This document shows positions 51,207 through 64,000 of a stretch of DNA of 64,000 nucleotides, piece after piece (position 1 is the stretch's first letter; the number at the start of each line of letters is the position of its first letter). Location: positions 12,454,779 through 12,518,778 of the forward strand of contig CM119271.1 in NCBI GenBank assembly GCA_051294375.1, written 5' to 3'. This DNA is from Paraspadella gotoi. Its lineage: Eukaryota; Animalia; Chaetognatha. Under the pieces are notes generated by a model. That model was not told the origin of the DNA and made no database searches. It saw nothing but the letters and a program-made list of their open reading frames with translations. The position numbers and the translations under genes were made by a program.

Positions 51207-51612
51207 CCTATTCCTTTCCCTAATCCTTCCTCTAATCCTTCCCTATTCCTTTCCCTAATCCTTCCCGTAAATCCTTCCCTTAAGCCTTCCCCTAATCCTT
51301 CCCCTAATCCTTTCCGTAATCCTTCCCTTAAGCCTTCCCCTAATCCTTCCCCTAATCCTTCCCTTAATCCTTTCTCAATCCTTTCCCTAATCCTTCCCCT
51401 AATCCTTCCCTTTAATCCTTTTCCTAATCCTTCCCTAATCCTTTCCGTAATCCTTCTTTAAACCTTCCCTAAATCCTTCCCTAATCCTTCCCCCTAATCC
51501 TTCCCCTAATCCGTCCCCATTCCTTCCCCTATTGTTTCTCCCATTCCTTCCCCTATTCCTTTCCTTAACCCTTCCCCTTTTCCATCCCCTATTCCTTCCC
51601 CTAATCCCTTAT
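51207..51612. repeat. ~12-bp minisatellite (TAATCCTTCCCC)n
   Basis: About 30 degenerate units; noisy copy at about 59800-60210. Confidence 0.85.
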
Positions 51613-52734
51613 CCTCCGCCCTCTAGCGGCGATTGTTACAAAGACTCGTTTCCCCTCGATGGGCGATGATTTATCGCCTTCGATTGCGTTCGGAAGAGAG
51701 AGAAAAAAAAATGTCTTAGCAAAGATGGCGCTCGTGTCCCCGGTCTCGACTGGTCCATCTTCATCCCCGACCTGGTCCATCAAGGCATGACCTGGTTCCG
51801 CCTGGACCATCCTAGTCCCTTCGCCTTTTTTTCCACTGGATTTACGGTCATGTTTCTTCGGCTGGTCCATCCATGTCTACCATTGTCTCCCCGATCCTTC
51901 CCAATGACCCACGGCAGTTCCATGGTTCCGTCTGGTCTCGCCTGGTCCCGCCTGGTCGCCTGTTGCCCTTTTCCTACTTTCCGCCTTTAGCGCCCCTGCC
52001 ATCCGTATCCCTCGGGGTCCCGCCTGGTCACCGACCCCCTGTCCCCAGTAGTTCATCCAGGCCTCCACCTGGTTCCGCCTGGTTCCTCCCCATCGACCTG
52101 GTGCCATCTTTTTTTTTATCACCGGATGCCACCTGGTTCTCCGTTTTAATTGTTCAATGGTCGCTTCGCTTCGTGAGACGAGAAGAAAGGAAAGGAGGTA
52201 AACAAAAAGATGTAACATTTCTTTATTAAGTATTATATGTATAGATTCAAGAGATATTGAAATTATTTCAAGGGGGTGAATTCTTGGTTTTATATATTTA
52301 TTTCTATGTTGCACCCGAACATGTTCACTCTAAATAAATGTTTACAAACTAATTAAGCTGCGTCATAGTAAACGAAGAAAATGTTTTAAAAAGTCGTTGA
52401 GAAAAAAAAGGCATTTGTACATTTATGGCATTTTGTTGGTAAATTTTATTGTTTTAATTTAAATCTCTTGGCAGTTTTTGTTAAGGGTCTTGTCTTGTCT
52501 TTTCTTCTCTTTTTTTTTCTTTTCTTTTCTTTTCTTTTCTTTTCTTTTATTTCTTTTTTTTCTTTTCTTTTCTTTTCTTTTCTTTTCTTTTCTTTTCTTT
52601 TCTTTTCTTTTCTTTTCTTTTCTTTTCTTTTCTTTCCTTTCCTTTCTGAGATTTTGACCTTCAGTTGAAAACGACGTCGTATTTCACTGACGCCACAACG
52701 AAATAGAACCGAGACGCCGATCGGGATGACGCAG

Positions 52735-52927
52735 CTCCAGTCTTTTCTACCAGCGCCAGTCCAGTGTATTCCACCGGCGACACTCCAGTCTTTACCACCG
52801 GCGCCGCTCCAGTCTTTTCTACCAGCGCCGTTTCAGTCTTTTCTACCGGTGCCGCTCCAGTTTTTTATACCGGCGCCGCTCCAGTATTTTCTACCTGTGC
52901 CACTCCAGTCTTTTCTACCGGCGCCGT
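52735..52927. repeat. 24-bp minisatellite (CTCCAGTCTTTTCTACCGGCGCCG), about 8 units
   Basis: Visible directly; a longer noisy array is at 61375-61670. Confidence 0.85.
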
Positions 52928-53174
52928 TATATCTTAACTCCTTAGTTTTTAATCTTCAGTCTTGAGTCTTTATTCTTCACAGATTCACAGACTTTGAATC
53001 TCACATTGAAGGCGTCGGTTCCCCCCTCGCCCCAACGCCCCCCCCAACGCCCCCCCCTCTTTTCTCACTGACGCCAATTTCAGTTCGTGAGAAGAAAAAA
53101 AAAGATTTATTCTTCTCAGTGAATGAGATTTCGACTTTGATAAAATGACAGATATCTAATATCATTCGTCGCGA

Positions 53175-53585
53175 CGCAGTTCTGATTGGCCAGATTTATG
53201 GCCAATCATAGATCCGCTGTTCTAATTGGTCATATATATGCGGCCTCTTGAGTAGAAACATTCCTTTCAGGAAATAAAAGTCTTTTCAAGATTGGAAATC
53301 TTTTGTTTACAAAAGATGAAACATGACCTCAGAAGATGTCTCTTGAATTTTACATTTTAGCATTGTGACACCTAGCCACATATATAGCCAATCATTGAGC
53401 CAAGGTTCTGATTGATCTGATCTACGGCCTATCATCAAGCAGCGGTTATGATTAGTTAGATTTATAGCCAATCATAAATCCGCTGTTCTGATTGGTCAGA
53501 TATATTACCAATCATCGAGCCGCGGTTCTGATTGATCTGATCTACGGCCTATCATCAAGCGGCGGTTATGATTAGTCAGATTTAA
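53175..53585. repeat. CTGATTGG/CCAATCA-rich repeat with a ~120-bp duplicated unit
   Basis: Alternating GCCAATCA and TTCTGATTGG motifs; units at about 53381-53464 and 53501-53584. Related sequence at 61925-62210. Confidence 0.65.
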
Positions 53586-55592
53586 TGCGGAAGCCGTCAC
53601 GTTGATACACAGAGAGAGATACTTAAGTGGCCGTCGACGAGGCGTCCACCTGACGTCCGTTGAAGGAAGCGGGTCAATCTTCAGACGATCGTCCGCCGAA
53701 GTGGACGGAGATAATTCTCTGCACCGGATTCGACTCATTATCCTTTCATGGAAGATAAATTGAGGATCAACTGCGAAAACCGAAGTTGGACGCCGGATTT
53801 TGTACAAAGGTTTCGACGGATTGGGGGAGCACTATAAAGAGTTTTAGGTTAGGGTCACTAGGGTGAATGACGGAAAATATCACCAGGGCCTCGCTAATCA
53901 AGCCTAGAAAGGACTACACTATAAGAGCTTAGTAGGGTGGATGACGGAAATATACAGGCCTGGCTATCAAGGCCAGAACGACTACACTATATAGAGTTAG
54001 TAGGGGTGGTGACGGAAATATCACAGGGCCTCGCTATCTAAGCCAAGAACACTACACATAAAGCTTAGTCGGGTGGATGACGGGAAAATATCACAGGGCA
54101 ATGATGACAGTTGATGATGGTGGGCGGTTATGGCAATGATCGTCTGGCACGATGGGTGGTTATATGGCATCGGGTAGAGGTAAATTATGGTCTTGTTTAA
54201 AACGTTTTCAATCGTGGAAGTTGAAAACGCGTTGGCAGATAGCTTTAGATTTTTAGACACAAACATCACTGAAAATGTACAAATTCTTTTAAAAGTATAA
54301 AGCCCTAATATTATTTTGTCACGCAATTTAATCGTACATTAGGACTTCAGTAAAAAACTGCAGCAATCTGAAGAGCGTATAAATAAATAAATAAATAAAT
54401 AAATAATAATAAATAATAAATAATAAATAAATAATAAATAATAATAAATAAATCATAAATAATAATAACAAATAAAATAAATAAATAAATAATAACAAAT
54501 AATTAATAATAACAAAATATAATAATAAAAAATAAATAAATAATAACAAATAAATAAATACTAAATAATAAAATAATAAATAACTAAATAATAACAAAAT
54601 AAATAAATAACTAAATATAACAAAATAAATAAATAATAATAACTACAAGGCGTCTCTACTCAAAGGCGGGCGACTCCAACTGCTATTTCTCCACCCAACA
54701 ATGGGAATTCTTCCACGGCCCATCGGCGATCAAGAGGCATCTGGACGATCCATTACATCCTCGGCCTCCGCCCCCTCCCGAACGCCGGAAAGAGGATGGC
54801 CGCCGAGAGGCGAAATGGCGCCAAAAATGGCACGCGTGCGGCCGTCGACCGGCGCGCCCACTGTACACGGCGTTCAAACTGAGCATCTGTTTCACCTTTG
54901 CCGACTTGAACGGAAGAGAAAAGAATCGACGTGACTGGCATCGAGAATTTGTTGGTGGCGAAACCAGAAAAGAAAATGCGTTGACTTACAGGGATCAACC
55001 TTGCGCTTCGGCCTTCAATGGGGAGAGTACGCCGGCGCCGGAATTCCCGTTTTTGAGTCGTTCGATCCGAGAGAGGGTGAAGGGTTTTTGGAGTGAGGAA
55101 GGGGAGGGTGGGTGGGCTGTGGGCTGTGGGCTGTGGACTGGGGTGGGCCGAGTTTGGTGGGTTCAGTTGTTTTTTATCAAAATTGTGATTTGATAATATA
55201 TTGTTTTTTTTGTTCGTCATTAATTGATTTTTTTTTTTTTTGCCCGGCGTTTTCAAACGATTTTGATTTGGTAATACTACGCGGCCGTGTCTGTTCGCGA
55301 GTGACCACAAAAATGTGTACCATTTCCATTGGATAAATATTTTTAAAAATTTTTTTTTCTTCATTCTGTAGGCAATAGTATTGACGATCTATTATATTTT
55401 TAATTTCATAAAAGATTAATTTGATAGAGACATGCTCAGGAACAGCAATTTTTTTCGAAATTGGAACGAATTGTATAAAGAAAACTTAAAGATTTTACAA
55501 TAAAAAATAAAAATAAATTGCTAACATTACATAATTTGCAGCATTTTAAATGAAATATACTTATTTTTTCGTCTTTTAGTTTTATTTGGTGT

Positions 55593-55629
<37 letters not shown>

Positions 55630-58600
55630 CGAGGAGAGGGAGAGAGGGAGAGAGAGGAGGAGAGAGATGTGGACATGTCTTTCTTTATCTTTGTCTCTGA
55701 ACTCTTTCAACTTTTTTGCTCGAATCTAACTTTGGTCAAAAAGCTTGTGGTCACCGACTCGTCACGTGACGGCCGAAGATAAGAAATTTATTTTCACAAA
55801 TTCAACGCGAATTATTCTTTAAGCTTCACGAACTGCAAAAAAAAAAAAAAAAGAATTTTAAATAAAATAAATAAAATGAATCAATAAATAAAATTTAAAA
55901 AAAAAAAGCAAAAAACCTCGGATTAAAAAATGTTCCGACGGTCACAAAAGTTTCGTATGCCCTCATCGGCGCTGGCCGTCCGGCTGCGCCGTTTCTATAC
56001 AACCTGGCAAATAGCCAAAGAGGGCGTTGATATCCCGGAAATCGTCTGCTACGAACGCCAGGCGGATATCGGCGGAATGTGGAACTACACTGGCGGACAG
56101 GCCTGGGACGAGTTCGGCGAAGCCCCGTTCACGTCCACATGTACGAGAACTCTGGGCCAACACTCCCAAGGAATATTTCCGAGTTGCGAAGACTTTCGAT
56201 TCGACGAACATTTTGGGAAAAAGTTCGCGCTTGAATTTGCCCAGAAATTCATGCTGGATATTTCAAGGGCAGATGGAAGAAGCAAGAATTTCGTCATTGA
56301 TTCGGTTCCATCATCTCGTAAAGAGTGTGGTGTATGAACGAGGAGAAAGATCTCTTTAGGTCGGTGGCTAAGGTAATGACTCTTGACGGAAATTGTAAGA
56401 AATCTTGATGGAAATTGTAAGGAATCTAGATGGAAATTGTAAATAAAATCTAAAAGAAATTGTTACGGAAAGTTACTTCTGAATTTATTTTATAAACATA
56501 AAATATATAATAGCGCAACAATTTTCGCATAACTAAATTATCTAATATACGATATCTTTAGAGTCGAATTTTTAATTTGTTTTCTATTTTGGCGGATATT
56601 TTCACCCCCCCCCAAAAAAAGGAGCTCCACAACGAATGACCTAGAAACCCACGGACCTTTACCCACGTCGTTTGTCGCCGTGGGTCATTACTGCACGCCC
56701 AACGTCGCTTCTTTCTCGGGGATGGAAATCTTTCCCAGGTCACGTGACCGCATTCTCGACGAACATTCGTCAACTTTCCGTCTTTCGAGGAAAACGAATT
56801 TTGATCGTCGGGAGGCGATATTCGGCCGATCGACGCCGCTTGTGCAGGTTGGAAAGAAGGGGGGGGGGAAGATTTGCGGGGGGGGAAAGATTTGGAATGA
56901 GGTTTTTTGAAAGATTTGGGAGATTGAAGAGATTTGAAGATTTAAATATTCAGGAGATTTGGCATGGGAGGGATTTGGGAAATAAGATTTAGGGATTTAG
57001 ATATATCTATCTTATCATTAATTCTTCTATACTAAATCTAATAATTAAGTGAGTGGTTTTTACTTTTTTTTTATTTTAGAGTAGAAGAACTAACAAAATT
57101 CACATGAATTTAACGACGTCTCACGATTAGCGTCTTTTCAATATTTTCCCACCCTCCTCCCTCTCACAGTGTCTCAAAGTACAAAGCCAAGAAGTCTTCT
57201 CTCTTGGAGGAGCCAAAGAGCTTCGCTACAAATTGGCCCGTCGACGAGGTCCCCAACCTGGAACGTCCGGGTTGAAGGAAGTCGGGTCAACTTCATGGAC
57301 GGATCGTCCGCGAAGTGACAGATAATCTCCTGCACGGATTGCGACATTCATATCCTTTTCTTGAAGGACGAGTTGAGGTGAAGAGCGAGATGGGAATTTG
57401 GACGCGGGTCTTTCAGGGTGAGACATCGACATGACATGAACTGAATTTGAACATGACAGAAAACGACAAACAGATGTATCACAGATGGTGAAATGAGAAA
57501 CGTTATCATAAATCAATTATGGAAGATGAAATGAACTGACGAAATGTATTAAAGTGTCAATGAGATATAATGACATAGATGATTATGACAATTCATGTTG
57601 GCAAGTTCTCAATTTCTAAGTTTAAAATTTTTTTTTTATAAACTACCAGATTACTATGGCATCCTCTTCAATTAGATTACCCCTATGAGATATCACCAAG
57701 AATATACTATCTCGAAATTTGTTTAAGTTTAACTATGTAAAGATGATTATTTAATATGCTCTTAAAAAGAGATTGATTTTCTCTCATTCTTATTTACATA
57801 TTGGCAGTCTTAAATCAAATGTGTCCTATTTTAATTTTGGGCTATTAATACTAGAATTATCATACATTACAATTAACTCTATAACTCTTGTTTTTCTCTC
57901 GCCCAGGCGTTCTCTACCTGCAAGGCGGCAACAACAACGTCCTTCTATCTGGCGCACACAATTTGGAATATTCCTCACCACTATTTCGAACAGCAGGCCA
58001 TCTGGTGTCTAAAAGAAAACGATCTCGCTCAGGACTCCCTACCGTCCGCGCCGGAATGATGCGCCGGCGAGGCCTGTTGGCGCCGAGAATGGACGGAATC
58101 CGGAAGGACTTTCCGGCGATGTATCGACTTGCAAGAGAAGATCGGTGAATCATCCTCTTCTACGGAAGAGAACGGACTGACAACGATTTGACGTTACAGC
58201 GTGTCAGGCGCGTGTCACATCGCGCTGATAACCGTGACATTTTTTTGAACTTACAGGGATCAACCTTGTCCGTCGGCGTTGACGGCGAGTTTGGCGCCGC
58301 GCCCGTGTAGGCCTTTCATGGAGTCGTTCGATCACGAGAGAGTCGAAGGTTTTTTGGGATTGAGCGATTCTGCTGAAGCGCTGTCGTCGTCGTCGTCGTC
58401 GTGTCCGTCGTCGTTTCATTTCCGTCATCGTCGTCATTTGCGATTATCGATACAAATAATCAAAATGGAAAACTGTTTTGTTTTGTTTATTGTTTGTTTT
58501 TTCTTTTATTTTTAGTCATTGTCTAAACTCATAACTCTTAAGATAGAAATTGAATCTCAGACGTAATCTTTTTGACATTTCCTTATCTTATTGTTAAACG

Positions 58601-61600
58601 CTTTCAATTGAAAGAACATTTCAAAATGTCTTATCATTATCATATCATTATCATTGGGGACTTTTATTTTTTTTCCGGTTATGAATTAGTAGACGGGACA
58701 GAATGTTAAGTCGAACGGAATAAATAGTTAAATGTTCGTACGAAAATGCCCATTGGTTATGAAAATCATGAAAATCATCCATGCCATCATTTAATAAATA
58801 AGCTATCTAGCTAGCTCCGAGACTTTGGACAGGGCTTGGTAGTTAATATGATCTCGTGAATGGTCGTCGTCCGTGTTTGCCCTTTTGTTTATTGCCCTAA
58901 TTTGTCGTCGTCATTATTCATGTCGTCTTCGTCATCCACTCGTCATATTCGTCGTCATCATCATCATCATATGCGTCATCATTCATCATCATTCTACATC
59001 ATCATCATCTATATCTCATATCATTCAATTATATCCTAGTGGCGTTTAATATCGCGTCAATTATCGGACTATCCGCTAGGCGTCTCGACCCGGCGCCAAC
59101 TTCCGTCTCGATCCGACGCGAAATTTCGTCGCCCTCTTGTCGGTTCGAGAATTCAATCAAAGAATCTCTCTGGTCTTTGGGGGCGACGACGACGACGAAA
59201 GATACGAAGAAGATGACGACGACTATGAGGAGAGACGACAACGATGAAGAACGAAGCGGATGAGGACGAAAAAACGACGACGACCAGAAGACGACGGCGA
59301 ACGACGAACGACTGTGTTGGGAATAAACAAAGAACAATTTTTTTTCTCATCGTCGATGAGATTCTCTTCCTTCGCCCGGACAGATGTCGGCGTGCCTTTC
59401 CTTTGTCGCGACGCAATCCCTTGCCCGTCTCTCGGCTAATATTTCTTCGCTTGATTTTCTGTCCTTTTTGTGATTCGCTTTGTTCTTTCGCATGATCTTT
59501 TTCCCGTCGTCCCGTTCTTCATCCACCGGTTCTTTGCCCTTCTTTTTCCGGTCTTCCCCTATTAAACTATGTCACCCCAAAATTCTCCTTGTTTCTCGCG
59601 TCTTCTTCTCTTGTTCCATTCTCCTACTTCCCTTTTCTCAAACGCTTTTTATTCCCGTTCTCCACTATTTCTTCTCCATTCTTCATTAGTTCTTCTTCCA
59701 CATTCTTTCCTCGTTCTCTCCACCGGTTCTCCTTCATTCTCCCATTAAGTTCTTTCCCGGATCTTCCCTTTTCCTCTCGTCATTCATCCAGTTTGTCCTC
59801 CTATTCTTCCCTAATCCTTCCTCTAATCCTTCCCTATTCTTTCTAATCCTTACTCTAATCGCTGTCGCCTATTCCTTTCCCTAATCCTGTCCCATGTAAT
59901 CATTCCTTAAAGCCTTCCCTAATCTTCCCCTAATCCTTTCGTAATCCTTCTTAAGCCTTCCCTAATCCTTCCCTTAATCCTTTCCTAATCTTTCTAATCC
60001 TTCCCCTATCCTTCCCTTATCTTTCCCCTAATCCTCCCCTATCTTTCCGTAATCCTTTCTTTATACTTTCCCTAACCTTCCCTTAATCCTTCCCCCTAAT
60101 CTTTCCCTAATGCGTCCTCCATTCCCTTCCCTATTGTTTCTCCCATTCCTTCCTCATCCTTTTCCTTAACCTTCCCCTTTTCATCCCCTATTCCTTCCCT
60201 AAATCCTTTCCTCCGCCTCTAGCGGCGAATTGTTACAAAGACTCGTTTTCCCCTCGATGGGCGAATGATTATCGCCTTCGATTGCGTTCGGAAGAGAGAG
60301 AAAAAAAAATGTCTTAAGCAAAGATGGCGCTCGGTCCCGGGTCTCGACTGGTCCATCTTCATCCCCGACCTGGTCCCACAAGGCTCTGACCTGCGTTCCG
60401 CCTGGACCATCCTAGGTCCCTTCGCCTTTTTTTCCACTGGACTTTAACGGTCCATGTTTCTTCGGCTGGTCCTCCATGTCTACCATTTGTCTCTCCGCGA
60501 CCTTCCATGACCCCGGCAGTTCATGTCCGTCTGGTCCTCGCCTGGTCCCGCCTGGTCGCCTTTGCCTTTTTCCTACTTTCCGCCTTTAGCGCCCCTGCCC
60601 ATTCCGTTATCCCTCGGGGGTCCCGCCTGTCAACCGACCCCCTGTCCCCAGTATTCATCCAGGCCTCCACCTGGTGTTCCGCCTGGTTCCTCCCCAATCG
60701 ACCTGGTGCCAATCTTTTTTTTATCACGGATGCCACTGTTCTCCGTTTTAATTGTTTCAATGGTCGCTTCGCTTCGTGAGACGAGAAAGAAAGGAAAGGA
60801 GGTAAACAAAAAGATGTAACATTTCTTTATTAAGTATTATATGTATGATTTCAAGAATATGGAAATTATTTCAAGGGGGTGACATTCTTGGTTTTATATA
60901 TTTATTTCTATGTTGCAACCCGAACATGTTGACTCTAAATAAATGTTTACAAACTATTAAGCTGCGTATAGTAAACGAAGAACTGTTTTTAAAAAAAGTC
61001 GTTGAAAAAAAAAAGGCATTTTGTACTTTAATGGCATTTTTGTTTGGTAATTTATTGTTTTAATTTAAATCTCTCTCTTTTGGAGTTTTTGTTAGGGTCT
61101 TGGTCTTGTCTTTTCTTCTCTTTTTTTTTTCTTTTTCTTTTCTTTTCTTTTCTTTTCTTTTTATTTCTTTATTCTTTTTTTTTTCTTTGTCCTCTTTCTT
61201 TTCTTTTCTTTTTCTTTTTTTTCCTTTTCTTCTTTTTCTTCTTTCTTTTCTTTTCTTTTCCTTTCCCTTTTCTTTTCTGAGATTTGAAACCTTCAGGTTG
61301 AAAAACGTGAGAAACGTCGTATTTCACTGACGCGCAAAACGAAATAGAACCGAGACGCCGATCGGGATGACGCAGCTCCAGTTCTTTTCTTACCAGCGCC
61401 AGTCCAGTGCGTATTTCCACCGCCGACACCCAGGTCTTTCCACCGGCGCCAGCTCCCAGTCTTTTCTACCAGCGCCGTTATCAGTCTTTTCTACGTGCTG
61501 CTCAGTTTTTATACGGCGCCGCTCGCAGTATTTTTCTACCTGTGCCACTCAGTATTCTTCTACCGGCGCCGCTCCAAGTTATTTTCTACCTGTGCCACTC

Positions 61601-62200
61601 CAGTCCTTTTTACCGGCGCGCTCCAGTATTTTTCTACCTGCTGCCCACTCCAGTCTTTTCCTACGGGCCGTTATATCTTAACTCCTAGTTTTTATCTTCA
61701 GTCTTGAGTCTTTATTTCTTCACAGATTTCACAGACTTTGAATTTCACATTGAAGGCGTCGGTTCCCCCTCCGCCCCCAACGCCCCCCCAACGCCCCCCC
61801 TCCTTTTGTCTCACTGACGCCAATTTCAGTTCGTGAGAGAAAAAAAAGATTTATTCTTCTCAGTGAATGAGATTTCGAACTTTGAATAAAAATGACGATA
61901 TCTAATATCTATTCGTCGGACGAGTATCTGATTGGCCAGAATTATGGACAATCATTATCCGCGGTTCTGATTGGTCAGATTTACTGCCAATAATCGAGCA
62001 GTGGTTGAATCTTCTGATTAGTCAAAATTTATGGGCCAATCATAGATCCAATGTTCTAATTGGCATATATATGGCCAATTCATTGAGCCAAGGTTCTGAT
62101 CAAGCGGTGGTTATTAATAGTCAGATTAAAGCCAATCATAATCCGCTGTTCTGATTGTCAGATAATAGTTACGAATCATCGAAGCCGCGGTTTTGATTGG
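53586..62200 (+). repeat. Indel-rich tandem duplicate of 45418-53585, including frameshifted FMO-A 3' exons and all four FMO-B exons (55930-58362); probable assembly artefact
   Basis: Colinear, with dense random 1-nt indels in exons and introns alike; ends shortly before a 25-N gap. Confidence 0.85.
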
Positions 62201-62294
62201 TCAGTATTTACGGGGCCCACTACGAAAGATAAAAAAGAATGAGGCACCGAGGGAGAAGTAAATCGTGAATTAGGTGGTGGAGAAAAAAAGCGGA

Positions 62295-62351
<57 letters not shown>

Positions 62352-63059
62352 NNNNNNNNNNNNNNNNNNNNNNNNNAGAGAGATAGAGACTCTCTATCAC
62401 TCTCTTTTCAGACTCGGTGGCTCTATTCACATCTTTCCGATTTTCGTCCGAAACGAAAAAAGCGAGAAAATCAATTAAACTGAAGAGAAGAAAACGTGTG
62501 AATCGTTGTCGTCGTCGTCGTCGTTGTCGTCGTCGTTGTTGTCGTCGTTGTTATCCTAATCCTCAGCGTAGTTGTCATCATCGTCTTCGTCATCACCCTC
62601 TACTTTTTCGTCCTCGTCATCGTCGTCGTCGTCGTCGTTTTAATCGTCGTCATTGTCATCGTCGTCGTCATCGCGGTCGGCGTCGTCGTTGTCATCTTCG
62701 TCAACCACGTCGTCGTCTTTGTCATCATCCTTGTTGTCGTCGTCGCCGTCGTCTTCCTCCTCTTCCTCCTCCTCCTCCTCCTCCTCGTCCAACGTCTACT
62801 TCCGGTTTTTAATAAGATAATAAATTCTTTTCTCTTGTCTTCCGGATCTCAAGCGATGAGGCGGGAACAACAACAACGACAACAACAACAACAACGTCTA
62901 ATCCAAAATGAAGCTTTAACGTCAACTCGAGGGACGAGATATCGTTGCGATGGGAGAGGCAAGCTTTGCTTGTGATTTGCTTGCTCGAAGATTCTTCTTT
63001 TTTTTTCATTTGATTGTTCATTTTATGGTTGTGGTGCTTGGACTAAAGTGATGAAAAAA

Positions 63060-63215
63060 ATGATAAAAGTGATAAAAGATAAAAGTGATAAAAGATAAAA
63101 TGATAAAACATAAAAGTGATAAAAGATAAAAGTGATAAAAGATAAAATGATAAAATATAAAAGTGATAAAAGATAAAAGTGATAAAAGATAAAAGTGATA
63201 AAAGATACAAGTGAT
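63060..63215. repeat. (GATAAAAGATAAAAGT)n minisatellite
   Basis: Visible directly. Confidence 0.85.
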
Positions 63216-63809
63216 AGAATTCCGCCAAAGCTTTTTTAAATCCTCGATCTTCGTTTTAAAAAAAATGGATTCATTTCCGGAAATGATGAAAGTTCGCCAG
63301 GTCGTCGTCGTCGTCGTTATCGTCGTCATCTTCGTCGTCGTTGTTGTCGTCGTCATCGTATTTCGTCGTCATCGTCATCTTCGCTGTCGTCGTCGTCGTA
63401 ATTATCTTCGTCGTCGTCATCTTCGTCGTCGTCTTCGTCATCATCTTCGTCATTGTCGTCTTCGTTGTCTTCATCTTCGTTGTCGTCGTCGTTGTTGTCG
63501 TCGTCGTCGTCGTCATCTTCGTCGTCGTCGTCATCATCTTCGTCGTCGTCATCTTCGTTGTCGTCATCATCTTCGTGGTCGTCCTCGTCGTCGTCGTTGT
63601 CGTCGTCGTCGTCGTCATTTTCGTCTAAAAGTCAGATGACAATCTCTCACTGATAAAGAGCTAAGTTTCCTCCGTCGGAATTTTGCGATATTTTGTTTTA
63701 TTTTATTTTATTTTATTTTTTTTTTATTTCATTTACTCTCAGAAAATATATCCTAAGACATTAGATCGTTCTTATCAGCTCAGTATCAACTTTGTCATTA
63801 AGACGTATT

Positions 63810-63888
63810 CTTTGCCCTTGAGTGATCTCCTTTGCCCTTAAGTGATCTCCTTTGCCCTTGAGTGATCTCCTTTGCCCTTGAGTGATCC
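63810..63888. repeat. 20-bp tandem repeat (TTTGCCCTTGAGTGATCTCC) x4
   Basis: Four near-identical head-to-tail units with no spacers. Confidence 0.9.
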
Positions 63889-63947
63889 ACGTTGCAATTG
63901 CGTGATATACTTTGTCCTTTCTCACAATTTTACCATAATACAGAAAA

Positions 63948-63985
<38 letters not shown>

Positions 63986-64000
63986 TTTCAGAAAGTCGCG

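Noticed and set aside
63810-63888. Regular 20-bp repeat (and the 24-bp and 66-bp arrays) as a CRISPR-like array
   Set aside because: Head-to-tail units with no unique spacers, eukaryotic context and no cas genes.

Overview
Eukaryotic (animal, probably invertebrate) draft-genome window. It is intron-rich and full of microsatellites ((GA)n, (GAC)n, (TAAA)n, (TCAA)n), with many N-gaps. Almost all ORFs in the supplied track are microsatellite artefacts, so genes were reconstructed by hand from GT-AG exons. (1) Three minus-strand exons encode a RYK/Derailed-type WIF domain (12048-13376). (2) A minus-strand multi-exon gene (at least 25262-29747) encodes a PGAM5-like histidine-phosphatase domain that appears to splice in frame onto an MCM6-type C-terminal winged-helix (Cdt1-binding) domain. 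I do not recognise this architecture and it is the best novelty candidate. (3) Two tandem, 4-exon, plus-strand flavin monooxygenases (36988-44935 and 47570-49994) resemble bacterial trimethylamine monooxygenase (Tmm/mFMO) more than vertebrate FMO1-5 and have altered fingerprint motifs. (4) One orphan plus-strand exon (3095-3192). Other elements are a twister-ribozyme-like motif in a structured insert (33135-33450), a tRNA-derived SINE-like element, a DINE-1/HINE-like repeat family and several minisatellites. Large indel-ridden tandem duplications (15341-23680, 45418-47220, 53586-62200) and a 355-bp foldback (24684-25488) lie next to exact 25-N gaps and are most likely long-read gap-filling artefacts. 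All family assignments come from recalled motifs, not database searches.
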